NCBI GenBank assembly: GCA_002731695.1
Contig: PCCK01000107.1
Span: 7-64,006 of the forward strand
Source: Porticoccaceae bacterium
GTDB taxonomy: Bacteria > Pseudomonadota > Gammaproteobacteria > Pseudomonadales > Porticoccaceae
Length of the DNA stretch: 64,000 nucleotides
Direction of reading: 5' to 3'
The notes under the pieces are model-generated. The model worked only from the letters and a program-made list of their open reading frames with translations. It did no database searches and was not told the origin of the DNA. Numbering within the stretch: the stretch's first letter is position 1; each line of letters starts with the position of its first letter. The position numbers were made by a program, and so were the translations under genes. Shown here one piece after another: positions 20,587 through 30,810 of this stretch.

Positions 20587-21096
20587 TTAACCACCAGTAA
20601 TTTGTTTTTCTTTTATTTCATCAAGGGTTTTACAGTCGACGCATAAGTTTGCCGTTGGTCTTGCCTCAAGCCGCCTAACACCAATATCGACTCCGCACTG
20701 ATCACAAAACCCGTAATCATTATCGTCAACTCTTATGAGAGTCTTGTCAATTTTCTTAATGAGTTTGCGCTCACGATCGCGCGTTCGCAGTTCTATACTA
20801 AACTCTTCCTCTTGAGTGGCTCGGTCAGCCGGGTCTGGAAAATTTGCAGCCTCATCTTGCATGTGATTTACCGTTCGGTCTACTTCTTCCATAAGTTCTT
20901 GACGCCATGCCTTGAGAATCGCGCGAAAGTGATTTCGTTGAGATTCATTCATGTATTCTTCACCGATTTTTTCCTCATATCTAGGTAACCCGTGAATTGT
21001 CAAGGTTGCAGACTCTCTCTTTATTGTATTGATCGCATTATTTTGTGACTTATTCGTCTCATCCGCATGCTTTGATAGTGCCATTGCTGAACCCAT
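20587..21096 (-). CDS. dksA: RNA polymerase-binding protein DksA
   Basis: NFPDPADRA coiled-coil tip and CDQC...CVDC zinc finger. Confidence 0.98.
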   Translation of the reverse strand: MGSAMALSKHADETNKSQNNAINTIKRESATLTIHGLPRYEEKIGEEYMNESQRNHFRAILKAWRQELMEEVDRTVNHMQDEAANFPDPADRATQEEEFSIELRTRDRERKLIKKIDKTLIRVDDNDYGFCDQCGVDIGVRRLEARPTANLCVDCKTLDEIKEKQITGG

Positions 21097-21294
21097 CCTT
21101 GTTTATTAACACTTAACTTTACCGCCAGCGTTATAGATTGCTTGGAGATAATTATCAAGAAGAATTTATAAAACATAGAAATTTTCTATGTGTTCCTTTA
21201 TCTTTCCACAAACACTTTAGTTTTTTTATCCCAAATAACTTGCGAGCACCTATTTTAGAAAATACTGAAGAATGAAAGTGGAGATTTCAAACTT

Positions 21295-21999
21295 TTGCGA
21301 TATAAGAGTCCATTACAACAAGGTGTGTTTCTTAAACGCTATAAACGTTTTTTTGCTGAGGTTGAAACCCTTAGTAAAGATATTATAACTCTGCATTGTC
21401 CAAATACCGGCGCAATGAAAAATTGTATGGTCGAAGGATCAGATTGTTGGTACTCTTTGACAGATAATCCTCGTCGAAAACTCTCGGGAACGCTCGAGCA
21501 AGTTACCACGACTTCAGGAAATTTGGCTGGAGTAAATTCGGCGTTGGCAAATAGAATAGTTTTAGAGGCTTTGAAAAATGACCGGATTGGACAGCTCTCA
21601 AATTATAAAACAATCTCACGGGAAGTAAAATACGGATTAGAAAATAGTAAAGTCGATTTTTTGTTGGAAAAGAAAAGTCAAAATTGTTTTGTTGAGGTGA
21701 AGAGTGTTTCACTTGACATGGGCAATCACTTTGCCTTATTCCCTGACGCTCCGACTTCAAGGGGGAAAAAGCATTTAAGGGAGCTAACATATATCGCCTC
21801 GACGGGGCACCGAGCCGTGCTTTTTTTTTGTGTGCAAGTGGGTTCCGTAAATCGTTTGGGTTTTGCGAAAAAAATAGATCCCGATTATCTGACGACTTTA
21901 GAGGCCGCTTTGAGTGGCGGTGTTGAAGTTTTAGCTATGAATTGTAATTTGACGAAATACGGCATTAACCTGAAGCGAGATGTAGATTTAGTAATCTAG
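21295..21999 (+). CDS. sfsA: SfsA DNA/RNA nuclease family
   Basis: RYKRFFA, HCPNTGAM, VEVKSV, FPDAPTSRGKKHL. Confidence 0.95.
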   Translation: MRYKSPLQQGVFLKRYKRFFAEVETLSKDIITLHCPNTGAMKNCMVEGSDCWYSLTDNPRRKLSGTLEQVTTTSGNLAGVNSALANRIVLEALKNDRIGQLSNYKTISREVKYGLENSKVDFLLEKKSQNCFVEVKSVSLDMGNHFALFPDAPTSRGKKHLRELTYIASTGHRAVLFFCVQVGSVNRLGFAKKIDPDYLTTLEAALSGGVEVLAMNCNLTKYGINLKRDVDLVI

Positions 22000-22098
22000 A
22001 TATGCGTTTATTGTTGGATTGGATGGTCAGACAAGAGGCCTAAAATAGTATTAACCGTTTGGATGCTCTCGTTCGCCCGATCTCTGGAACAATTAAAT

Positions 22099-22833
22099 AT
22101 GATTGAATTTGACACAAACTTTGAGAATCCTTCGATAGATGACGGTGATATTGCCACGGGCAGAACGAATCGACACGTGGTGGAGTGGACGGCTAATGAA
22201 TCAACTATAATTAGTAAAAAAATCTTCATTCATCATCAGCTCGTTAATCCGTTAAACGAATTAAAATTGGAAGCAGCAAAATATGGATTTGATTTATGCG
22301 TTTGCAGTGGCTTTAGGTCATATGATCAGCAGGCCACAATATGGAATGAAAAGCTATCGGGCCGAAGAGATGTTTTGAGTGGTAACGGTAAAGTTTTGAA
22401 TCTTGCTGGTTTATCTGATTATCAGAAAGTTGAGGCAATTATGAGATGGTCCGCGCTCCCTGGGACATCTCGCCATCATTGGGGTTCAGACATCGATGTT
22501 TTTGATGGTGCTGCCATACCGACTAATTATCAATTAAGATTAGTTCCTGAAGAAACTTCGGAGGATGGAGTGTTTGGGCCGATGCATGCTTGGTTGGATA
22601 AAATTATAGATTCTAAGAATGGATTTTTTAGACCATATAACTGTGACAATGGTGGATTAGCGCCGGAAAGATGGCATCTCAGCTATGCTCCGATAGCTAC
22701 GCATTTTGCGCGCTTATTGACGCCAGAACTAATAAAAAATTGTCTGATGATGCATAAAATTAGCCTACACGCTACTGTGATTGAAAATTTCCATGAGATC
22801 TATCGACGTTTTGTTTCTAATTATGTGAGCTAG
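22099..22833 (+). CDS. M15 family metallopeptidase (VanY-like D-Ala-D-Ala carboxypeptidase)
   Basis: SGFRS, WSALPGTSRHHWGSDID, ERWH; start uncertain. Confidence 0.9.
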   Translation: MIEFDTNFENPSIDDGDIATGRTNRHVVEWTANESTIISKKIFIHHQLVNPLNELKLEAAKYGFDLCVCSGFRSYDQQATIWNEKLSGRRDVLSGNGKVLNLAGLSDYQKVEAIMRWSALPGTSRHHWGSDIDVFDGAAIPTNYQLRLVPEETSEDGVFGPMHAWLDKIIDSKNGFFRPYNCDNGGLAPERWHLSYAPIATHFARLLTPELIKNCLMMHKISLHATVIENFHEIYRRFVSNYVS

Positions 22834-22849
22834 TTTTAGGAGATAAGAT

Positions 22850-23641
22850 TTGATTGATGCCGAAGACTTATGGAAGACAATGTTGGAAGAAGCAAGAATG
22901 ATGGGAGCTAAAGAACCTGCATTGGCTGACTTTTTAAATGTGCAAATACTACAGAAGCCCAATCTTGTTAATGCCTTGGCTAATAATTTAAGTTCACATT
23001 TTTTAAAAATACCCACGTATGAGATTGATCTCGAAAAAATATTCGCAGAATTGTTAAGTCTCAATAGTGATATTGTTCAACGCGCTTGTAAGGACGTGAA
23101 AGCGTACGTTGATCGTGATCCTGCATGTGACTACTACGTCACTCCACTTCTCTTTTACAAGGGATTCCAGGCCCTGCAACTTCACCGGATTTGTCATAGT
23201 TTGTGGAGCAGAGATCAACGTCATTTAGCTAGATATTTGCAAAGTAAGATGTCAGAGAATTACGGCGTGGATATTCATCCAGGGGCAATTATTGGTGGTG
23301 GAGTGATGCTAGATCATGCCACTTCTCTTGTCATTGGAGAGACCGCAGTTGTTGGCGACAATGTGTCGATTCTTCACTCGGTAACACTCGGAGGAAGTGG
23401 ACTACAGTCAGGTGATCGACATCCAAAAATTGCCAACGGTGTTCTAATCGCTGCAGGTGCAACAGTGTTGGGAAATATTGATGTGGGAGAGGGAGTAAAA
23501 ATTGGTGCTGGAAGCTTAGTGCTAGAATCAGTGCCAGCATATGTGACTGTTGCGGGGGTGCCGGCGAAGATAATTGGGGGCTCTACCGTTGGAATGCCCG
23601 CCCTTGATATGAATCAGCAAATAAATGAGGAAGGGATTTAG
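22850..23641 (+). CDS. cysE: Serine O-acetyltransferase (copy 1)
   Basis: DRDPAC, YKGFQALQ, VDIHPGA, DHAT, TLGG, RHPK, AGVPA. Confidence 0.95.
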   Translation: MIDAEDLWKTMLEEARMMGAKEPALADFLNVQILQKPNLVNALANNLSSHFLKIPTYEIDLEKIFAELLSLNSDIVQRACKDVKAYVDRDPACDYYVTPLLFYKGFQALQLHRICHSLWSRDQRHLARYLQSKMSENYGVDIHPGAIIGGGVMLDHATSLVIGETAVVGDNVSILHSVTLGGSGLQSGDRHPKIANGVLIAAGATVLGNIDVGEGVKIGAGSLVLESVPAYVTVAGVPAKIIGGSTVGMPALDMNQQINEEGI

Positions 23642-23674
23642 CTGTTTTGAGTTATTTTGCATTCCAATTTTTTA

Positions 23675-24901
23675 TTAGCTTGAGTGCGTTACAGTAGCTT
23701 GGCTTAAGCAAACATCCACTAGATATTGAATTTGTTTTTCCATAAGCTCCTGGCGATTGGGTGGAAAGGTCTTAAAAATGAAAAAATTTTCATCGTACCG
23801 AGAGAGTGTAGCGATGGTAGATAACTGGTCGCAGGAAAACCCATCAGTGAAAATCGAGATTGCACCCGACTCTAGCTCATTGGATAGCCGAGTGGACAAT
23901 TTCTTGAGCCGGTTTACTTGCTCTTGGTAGTGAAAAGTAGATGTCGTGGCGATTGTGTTGCCGCAGGTAGCAAAGCCAACTCTTAGCTCGATCCCCATTT
24001 GGCTTGCGAGGTTGCCAATAAGTTGTTTCATAGCATACATGCACATTATGCATGCCAAAAGGTGTTTTTTTGAGAACTCGGTGGATTGGATTTCGAGATA
24101 AAGTGCGCCCTCCTCTCCTTCTAAACGCCGCCCTCCATAAAGCTCAATTGTGCGCGTTATGCAGCAGTCTAATTTTTCAAAGAGTAACTCCCGATTTTCC
24201 TTATTAAGTTGGTTTTCAACAGACTTTCTGTTGAAAAGTGTTACTCTCACAAGAGAACAATATCTGACGTGTCCTCCATGACCGGCAAGGTCATCAGATG
24301 GTGTAATTAAAGTTTCAAGTTGTTGCTCAAGAACTCTCAATTCATCACCAAAAAATGCATTTTTGTTTGGCAACTGCTTGCTTAATTGGGTTATACGACT
24401 CGATATTTTTTCGGAGAACTTAAAGCATATTATAGTTATTGTTACGGCAAATATAGTCCAAAGCGCTAAGCATGCGCTGAATAACCAGCGATAAGGCAAT
24501 AAAGCCTTCTCTTTATCTAAAGATAATTCGATGAATCCTTGAGAATCTATCTCCGATTTGAGGGGTAATCTTAAAACTTGCAACTTAGACGGAATGTGCC
24601 CGATACGTTTGCTACGGACTGTCACATCATCTGAACTATTATATAAACTAGCACTATAAATTAAGGGATCCTCTGTGATTTGATTAAGGGATACCTGTAT
24701 ACTAATTAAAGACTTATTTTCCAACGCTGGGGAAATCTGTTCTAGCAGATTCTTTAGTAATAGATTTCCTTTTGACGTAAGTAGTTCATTTGCGTGCTGA
24801 TGGGAAAAGTACGACAAGAAACTTAAATTAGTCAAGCCGAAAATAAGGCATGTTGATACCAAAAAGGTGGTAATTTTTCTCGTCAAAGGGTCGGAACGCA
24901 T
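23675..24901 (-). CDS. Inner-membrane AhpA/YtjB (Smp)-like protein with cytoplasmic extension
   Basis: Two TM helices flanking a periplasmic domain; divergent from serB as smp/ytjB usually is; family call mainly from synteny. Confidence 0.55.
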   Translation of the reverse strand: MRSDPLTRKITTFLVSTCLIFGLTNLSFLSYFSHQHANELLTSKGNLLLKNLLEQISPALENKSLISIQVSLNQITEDPLIYSASLYNSSDDVTVRSKRIGHIPSKLQVLRLPLKSEIDSQGFIELSLDKEKALLPYRWLFSACLALWTIFAVTITIICFKFSEKISSRITQLSKQLPNKNAFFGDELRVLEQQLETLITPSDDLAGHGGHVRYCSLVRVTLFNRKSVENQLNKENRELLFEKLDCCITRTIELYGGRRLEGEEGALYLEIQSTEFSKKHLLACIMCMYAMKQLIGNLASQMGIELRVGFATCGNTIATTSTFHYQEQVNRLKKLSTRLSNELESGAISIFTDGFSCDQLSTIATLSRYDENFFIFKTFPPNRQELMEKQIQYLVDVCLSQATVTHSS

Positions 24902-24998
24902 TTTTCATTTTAATCCGGAATATAATTTCACTAGTTATTCTATCCTAATATCCTTGCGGTTTTATAATACTCTAACAATTTTCAGGGAAGCGAGTTAA

Positions 24999-26222
24999 GT
25001 GAGAAAAATAATACTACTTAACGTCTTTGGTGTGGATAAACCAGGAATCACCAGTGAAGTCGCTGCTGTGTTAGCGCAGTTTGATGCAGATATTTTAGAT
25101 ATAGGACAAGCAGTCATTCATGATCAATTGAATCTTGGTATTCTCGCCGCTCTAGTTGATGAACCGTCAAAGTCGAGTTTTGTCACAAGAATATCGGAAA
25201 GTATGGTTCGATTAAATATGCGAGTGAAATTTTTTTCAATTTCACCAGAACGTTATTCAAGTTGGGTTGATCAGCAAGGTAAGCCAAGACATGTTGTTTC
25301 CTTACTAGCACGAAAACTGGAAAGTCAGCATGTCGCAGCCATTACCCAAGCTATGGCTGATATGGGTTTAAATATTGATAAGATTACACGATTGTCCGGA
25401 AGGGTACCTCAAACTCAAAATGAGGTCCAAAGGAGCGCTTGTATTGAATTTTCTGCGCGAGGTACACCGGACAATGTGCAACATTTTCGTAGTTCATTAC
25501 TAGAACTTGCAGGTACATATAATATTGATCTTGCTTACCAAGAGGATAATATCTATCGACGGAATAGACAGCTAATTGTTTTTGATATGGATTCGACTCT
25601 CATAGATGCTGAAGTAATTGATGAGTTGGCACAGGAAATGGGAGTACGTCCCCAAGTCGCATCAATTACGGCCGCGGCGATGCGTGGCGATGTGGATTTT
25701 GAGGAAAGTTTTCGCCAGCGTTTGGCGCTCATAAAAGGGTTAGATTCAAGAGCTTTAAAATCTGTTGCTGAGCGTTTAAGGCTTAATGAGGGAGCTCAAT
25801 ATCTATTGAGACGCTTGAAACAATTGGGATTTAAAACTGCAATAATATCTGGCGGCTTCGATTACTTCGCGCGTAATTTACAATCGACTTTAGAAGTTGA
25901 TTATGTTTTTGCAAATGAATTAGAGATGGCCAAAGGAGTAGTTACTGGCCGAATAAAAGGCCCAATTATTGATGGTCAACGAAAGGCTACATTGCTTCGA
26001 GAACTGGCCCATCGAGAAGGACTTAGGTTAGAGCAAGTAATTGCTGTTGGTGATGGCGCCAATGACCTACCCATGCTAGCGATTGCTGGATTAGGTATTG
26101 CATTTCGAGCGAAACCGGTTGTCATAGCGAATGCAAGACAATCTATATCAAATGTCGGTTTGGATGGGATTCTCTATCTACTCGGATATAGCGACCGCGA
26201 AATTAAGTGTTTAGATGACTGA
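24999..26222 (+). CDS. serB: Phosphoserine phosphatase (ACT-HAD type)
   Basis: DKPGIT ACT domain, FDMDSTL, SGGF, GDGANDL. Confidence 0.97.
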   Translation: MRKIILLNVFGVDKPGITSEVAAVLAQFDADILDIGQAVIHDQLNLGILAALVDEPSKSSFVTRISESMVRLNMRVKFFSISPERYSSWVDQQGKPRHVVSLLARKLESQHVAAITQAMADMGLNIDKITRLSGRVPQTQNEVQRSACIEFSARGTPDNVQHFRSSLLELAGTYNIDLAYQEDNIYRRNRQLIVFDMDSTLIDAEVIDELAQEMGVRPQVASITAAAMRGDVDFEESFRQRLALIKGLDSRALKSVAERLRLNEGAQYLLRRLKQLGFKTAIISGGFDYFARNLQSTLEVDYVFANELEMAKGVVTGRIKGPIIDGQRKATLLRELAHREGLRLEQVIAVGDGANDLPMLAIAGLGIAFRAKPVVIANARQSISNVGLDGILYLLGYSDREIKCLDD

Positions 26223-26290
26223 GCAAAATGTGGCTTTGAATATGCTTATATCAGATACTGTATATCATTAATGTCCGGAGACTGCATATT

Positions 26291-26860
26291 ATGACGGTTT
26301 ATTCAACGAGTGACTTTCGTTCTGGATTAAAAGTTATGTTTGAGCGAGAACCTTGTCTAATACTTGAAAATGAGTTTGTTAAACCAGGGAAAGGACAAGC
26401 TTTTAGTCGAATCAAAATTAGGAATCTTAAAACAGGCAGAGTACTCGAGAAAACTCTAAAGTCTGGTGAATCCCTAGAGTCTGCTGATATTATCGATACA
26501 GAAATGCAATTTTTGTATGAAGACGGAGAATTTTGGTATTTTATGGAACCAAATTCCTTCGAACAGTATCAGGCTGATAGTAAATCGGTGGGGAATGCTC
26601 GTAATTGGCTAAGCGAGCAAGATTTGTGTGTGGTGACACTTTATAATTCTGTCCCTCTAACTGTAACACCCCCAAATCATGTCGAATTAGAAATTCTAGA
26701 GACCGACCCGGGGTTGAGGGGCGATACTGCAACTGGCGGGACAAAGCAGGCTATCTTGACCACTGGAGCTGTAATAAAAGTACCATTATTTTTAGAATGT
26801 GGTGATAGGATTCGAGTTGATACTAGATCTGGGGAGTATCTGGGTCGCGCGCGAGATTGA
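26291..26860 (+). CDS. efp: Elongation factor P (Lys34, beta-lysylation type)
   Basis: [25 protein letters not shown]. Confidence 0.98.
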   Translation: MTVYSTSDFRSGLKVMFEREPCLILENEFVKPGKGQAFSRIKIRNLKTGRVLEKTLKSGESLESADIIDTEMQFLYEDGEFWYFMEPNSFEQYQADSKSVGNARNWLSEQDLCVVTLYNSVPLTVTPPNHVELEILETDPGLRGDTATGGTKQAILTTGAVIKVPLFLECGDRIRVDTRSGEYLGRARD

Positions 26861-26894
26861 AAAAGTATCAATAAAACTGATTAAGGATTTGTTG

Positions 26895-27857
26895 ATGACA
26901 ACTGAAGTTGGCTCAAACTGGCAGCCCGCAGCTGAGTCTGCTGTGTTGGTCGAGAGGAGTCGTATCGTTGCCACACTACGGGCTTTTTTGACTCGCAAAG
27001 GTGTTTTAGAGGTGGAAGTACCAATTCTGGGGAGTTACTCAGTCAATGACCTTTATATCGACAGTTTCGAAGTGCTTAGCGAGCGTTTCGAGGGATTTTT
27101 ACAAACTTCACCTGAATCCTATATGAAACGTCTGCTAGCGGCTGGCAGTGGAGATATATTCGCCCTAGGGAAGGCTTTTCGCGTAGGAGAAATTGGAGTG
27201 AATCACAATCCAGAATTCACTTTGCTGGAGTGGTATAGGGTGGGATGGGACGAGCACGAACTGATGGCTGAACTTGCTGAGCTCGTTACCTCTCTGAGGC
27301 CAAGCCTTGGATGCTTGACAATGAGTTATCAAGACGCCTTTATTCAACACTTGGGCATAGATCCGCACAACATATGTTTATCAAATTTACAAAAACATGT
27401 TTCCTCAAGGGGGGGAAACAAATTGAGTGTAGAGTCACGTTTCGATTGTTTAAATTATCTTTTCACAATTGGTGTTGAGCCTAGGCTGCCAGAGGGACTC
27501 GTATTTTTGTATGACTACCCCGAGTGTAACGCCGCTTTTGCCCAGTTGCATTGTAATCGAGAAGGTCAATGGGTAAGTAGGCGTTTTGAGGTCTACTTGA
27601 ATCGTTTAGAGTTGGCGAATGGTTATTTCGAATTAACTGATCCGGAAGAGCAACATCGAAGGTTCGTTAAGGATAGGCAGGCGAGAATTACCATAAATAA
27701 GCAAACCTTTGGAGAAGACAAGAGTGCTTTGGCAGCTCTGCATGAGGGGCTACCAAGTTGCTCGGGCGTCGCTTTGGGCGTCGACCGATTGATCATGCAG
27801 CTACTTAACAAAAAGAGTATTCAACAAGTAATGGCATTTAGCTGGGATAAACGATGA
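26895..27857 (+). CDS. epmA: EF-P lysine aminoacylase EpmA (GenX/PoxA)
   Basis: LQTSPE, MKRLLAAG, HNPEFTLLEWYR, ELANG, GVALGVDRL. Confidence 0.95.
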   Translation: MTTEVGSNWQPAAESAVLVERSRIVATLRAFLTRKGVLEVEVPILGSYSVNDLYIDSFEVLSERFEGFLQTSPESYMKRLLAAGSGDIFALGKAFRVGEIGVNHNPEFTLLEWYRVGWDEHELMAELAELVTSLRPSLGCLTMSYQDAFIQHLGIDPHNICLSNLQKHVSSRGGNKLSVESRFDCLNYLFTIGVEPRLPEGLVFLYDYPECNAAFAQLHCNREGQWVSRRFEVYLNRLELANGYFELTDPEEQHRRFVKDRQARITINKQTFGEDKSALAALHEGLPSCSGVALGVDRLIMQLLNKKSIQQVMAFSWDKR

Positions 27858-27890
27858 GTGATTTCAAGGGGGTTATCTTTAAAATGTTTA

Positions 27891-28682
27891 CTATGCTTCA
27901 AAATAATGATTCATGACCAAAGCGGGATTATCTGTAGCAGAATTGCCTATTACTAGACCCGGAACACCCGCGACCAAGGACTGAGGACTTACTGATTTTA
28001 AAACAACACTACAGGCTCCAATCATGGAACCTTCACCTACTTCTATATTTCCGAGAATCTTTGCACCGGCACCAATAAGCACTCCGCGCCGAATTTTGGG
28101 GTGTCGTTCGCCCTCCTCTTTCCCTGTTCCTCCTAGGGTAACGCCTTGCATAATGGAAACATAATCCTCTACGACGGCAGTTTCACCCACAACTATCCCG
28201 GTGGCATGATCTAGCATCACAGAGACGCCTATTTTAGCCGCCGGATGAATGTCTACCCCAAAATATTTCGAAGTATTTGATTGGATAAAGAGAGCGAGGA
28301 CCCGATAGCCATCACACCACAAACTATGCGCTAATCGGTAAGCTTGAAGAGCTAAGAAACCTTTATAATAAAGGAAGGCTTCTAACTCAGAATTACAAGC
28401 AGAATCTCTGTTTTTGATAGCTAATATGTCCAAAGTTGCTGCTTTTACTCTGTGCAACCTTTGTTGTTGACTTAAGTGATATTTCAGGAGTTTCTCAGGT
28501 AATTGATTATTTATTAAAGCATTTAACAAACGGCACTCAAGCGCAGTTTCAAAATTTTTTTGACTCAAAACAGTTTGATTCAAATAGAATTTAAGCATAG
28601 GCTCCTTTTCAATTACCGACTTCGCTTCTAAAGTTATATTTCGCCACATTTCTTCCACAAAATTTGATGGTTCAGATTTCAT
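27891..28682 (-). CDS. cysE: Serine O-acetyltransferase (copy 2)
   Basis: RDSAC, YKGFLALQ, VDIHPAA, DHATG, TLGGTGK, RHPK. Confidence 0.95.
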   Translation of the reverse strand: MKSEPSNFVEEMWRNITLEAKSVIEKEPMLKFYLNQTVLSQKNFETALECRLLNALINNQLPEKLLKYHLSQQQRLHRVKAATLDILAIKNRDSACNSELEAFLYYKGFLALQAYRLAHSLWCDGYRVLALFIQSNTSKYFGVDIHPAAKIGVSVMLDHATGIVVGETAVVEDYVSIMQGVTLGGTGKEEGERHPKIRRGVLIGAGAKILGNIEVGEGSMIGACSVVLKSVSPQSLVAGVPGLVIGNSATDNPALVMNHYFEA

Positions 28683-28843
28683 TATTATTGACTAGCCAAA
28701 ATTGGTTGCGGATAGTTCCTATGCATAATTATGTCTCATGTCAAAGATATAACTCAGGTACGACAAGCTTTCTGACCAGTATGGTATAAGATAATGATGG
28801 TTAATAAATTTCTTAAAGCATCGGGTTTACGAATTAGGTTCGG

Positions 28844-29398
28844 TCAATCGAGTCTCGTACTCGGGGTGGCGCTCTCAAAATTTTGAGATTTCTTGGAAGG
28901 TGTGTCACTCCCATTCGCATTCCTAATTTCATCATTCTGCCTATCAACATTAAGATTTTGTTCATTATCTTGAAGACCATATTCCTCGCTAAGAATCCCT
29001 CCGGGGACTTTTGGCGCATAGTCTTTGGGAGGCTCGACTGTTGAGTTGAGATCTCTTGAAGATTCTCCCAAGGTACTTGAGAAGAACCCTGACCTATGAT
29101 GTTGGAAAATTTGGTTGGTAACTTCTTGGCTTGCAAGGCGTGCAGAGCTCAGGGTAAGTTGCTCATGAATGTCTCGATAATTTCTTGCCAGCTTCCGAGT
29201 TTGCTCGGACAACTTAATCATGTGTTGATTAACTAAATTTTTATATTCCGAGTGTTCTTTTTTGGTTCGTTTCAAGTCCTCAGATGTACTTCTACTAAAC
29301 CCATTGCTTTTCGAAAACTGAAAGCTGGCAAGGTAACCTAAAATTATGCCTGCAACAAAGGTCGTCGCTGCGATTAAAACGGTATCTGTATTTAGCAT
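28844..29398 (-). CDS. zapG: YhcB/ZapG (DUF1043) family membrane protein
   Basis: N-terminal TM, coiled coil YK..V..H, EPPKDYAPK; divergent from zapE. Confidence 0.85.
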   Translation of the reverse strand: MLNTDTVLIAATTFVAGIILGYLASFQFSKSNGFSRSTSEDLKRTKKEHSEYKNLVNQHMIKLSEQTRKLARNYRDIHEQLTLSSARLASQEVTNQIFQHHRSGFFSSTLGESSRDLNSTVEPPKDYAPKVPGGILSEEYGLQDNEQNLNVDRQNDEIRNANGSDTPSKKSQNFESATPSTRLD

Positions 29399-29593
29399 TT
29401 ACAGAATCTCAAAGTTGACTCTTTGTAGTTTCATTCAAAAACACTCGATTTAGCAATAGATTTTTATATTACATGCAGTTGATTGTCCATTAATCTATTT
29501 TAGAAACATACTATTTATTGTCGTCTAATTGAGTAATTGTTGTTGTTACTGTTAAATTATACAATTTTTTAGAGGTATATCTCAAAATTCAAT

Positions 29594-30694
29594 ATGCTAA
29601 GTCCGACAGAGCGCTACAAAGAAGATGTAAGACTGAACAATTTGTTGCTTGACGATGCTCAATTGGAGGCAGTTAACTGTCTTGATGAGCTCTACACTAA
29701 GTTGGAATCTTCGGCGTTACCGAGTTTCAACGCTGCTACACGCTTTCTCTATTGGTCTGGATTCTTGGAGCGGGAAAAGGGACTGTATCTATGGGGCGGA
29801 GTAGGTCGTGGAAAGACATTTTTGATGGATATTTTTTTTGACGCGCTCCCTTTTCCGAATAAAATGCGAACACACTTTTATCGTTTTATGCAGTTGGTGC
29901 ATGATGAGTTGAAGCTTTGCGATGGGAGTCCAAACCCAATAGATATAGTAGCTAGTCGATTAGCCAAAAAGGTAAAGGTTATATGCCTTGATGAGTTTTT
30001 CGTAGCTGATATAACTGACGCAATGATTTTGAGTTTGTTGCTGGACGCTCTATTTTCTAAAAACATTTGTATGGTATTTACTTCAAATATCTGCCCTGAT
30101 GATCTGTATTTAGATGGTCTCCAACGACAACGTTTCGTTTCCGCGATACAGCTTATTAAGCTAAATTGTAACGTTGTTAACCTCAAGGGCACATTTGATT
30201 ATCGTCGGAGAGCCCTTATGCAAGCACCGCTATTTTATAGCCCTCTGAGTTCCAGTTCGGATCTTGCGCTAACCAATTTATTCTCTAGTTTTCTTGATGA
30301 AAACTGTCAAGTTTTAGAGCTTACAACGATTCAAATTGAGCAGCGGGAGATTGAGGCATATAAACTTTGCGATAAACAAGTCTGGTTTAAATTTTCCGAT
30401 TTATGTGAAGGACCGAGGAGTCAGCTTGACTATATTGAGATTGCATGCCTTTTTCATACTGTTTTTGTTACTGGAGTGCCAGAGATGAATGAGATAAAAA
30501 AAGATGTAACGCGTCGCTTTATAATTATGGTGGATGAATTCTACGACCAAGGGGTGAAGCTAATAATGTCGGCAGAAGTGCCCATTGAAAACTTTAATTG
30601 CGAGGGGAGTTTATCTGGAGAATTTCAACGAACTAAAAGCCGCTTGATTGAGATGCAAAGTCATAAATATCTTTCTAGAGGACATCGCTGTTAG
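29594..30694 (+). CDS. zapE: Cell division ATPase ZapE (AFG1 family)
   Basis: GLYLWGGVGRGKT, LDEFFVADITDAM, RRFI..VDEFYD, RT.SRL.EMQ. Confidence 0.95.
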   Translation: MLSPTERYKEDVRLNNLLLDDAQLEAVNCLDELYTKLESSALPSFNAATRFLYWSGFLEREKGLYLWGGVGRGKTFLMDIFFDALPFPNKMRTHFYRFMQLVHDELKLCDGSPNPIDIVASRLAKKVKVICLDEFFVADITDAMILSLLLDALFSKNICMVFTSNICPDDLYLDGLQRQRFVSAIQLIKLNCNVVNLKGTFDYRRRALMQAPLFYSPLSSSSDLALTNLFSSFLDENCQVLELTTIQIEQREIEAYKLCDKQVWFKFSDLCEGPRSQLDYIEIACLFHTVFVTGVPEMNEIKKDVTRRFIIMVDEFYDQGVKLIMSAEVPIENFNCEGSLSGEFQRTKSRLIEMQSHKYLSRGHRC

Positions 30695-30743
30695 TTTCGT
30701 GGCTAAGTAGATTGAAGATTTATCAAATGACAACCAGTGGGAC

Positions 30744-30779
30744 TTGTAAAAAATAATCAAATCGTTACAATCTGCCTCC
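30744..30779 (+). promoter_or_regulatory. Putative sigma70 promoter of rplM-rpsI
   Basis: TTGTAA-N16-TACAAT followed by GC-rich CTGCCTCC. Confidence 0.5.
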
Positions 30780-30810
30780 ACTTCTAATGACTAGATAAAC
30801 GGTTTTTCGA

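Noticed and set aside
28790-28808. Fur-box-like GATAATGATGGTTAATAAA upstream of the second cysE
   Set aside because: 13 of 19 matches with only one good half-site in an AT-rich spacer; not supportable without conservation data.
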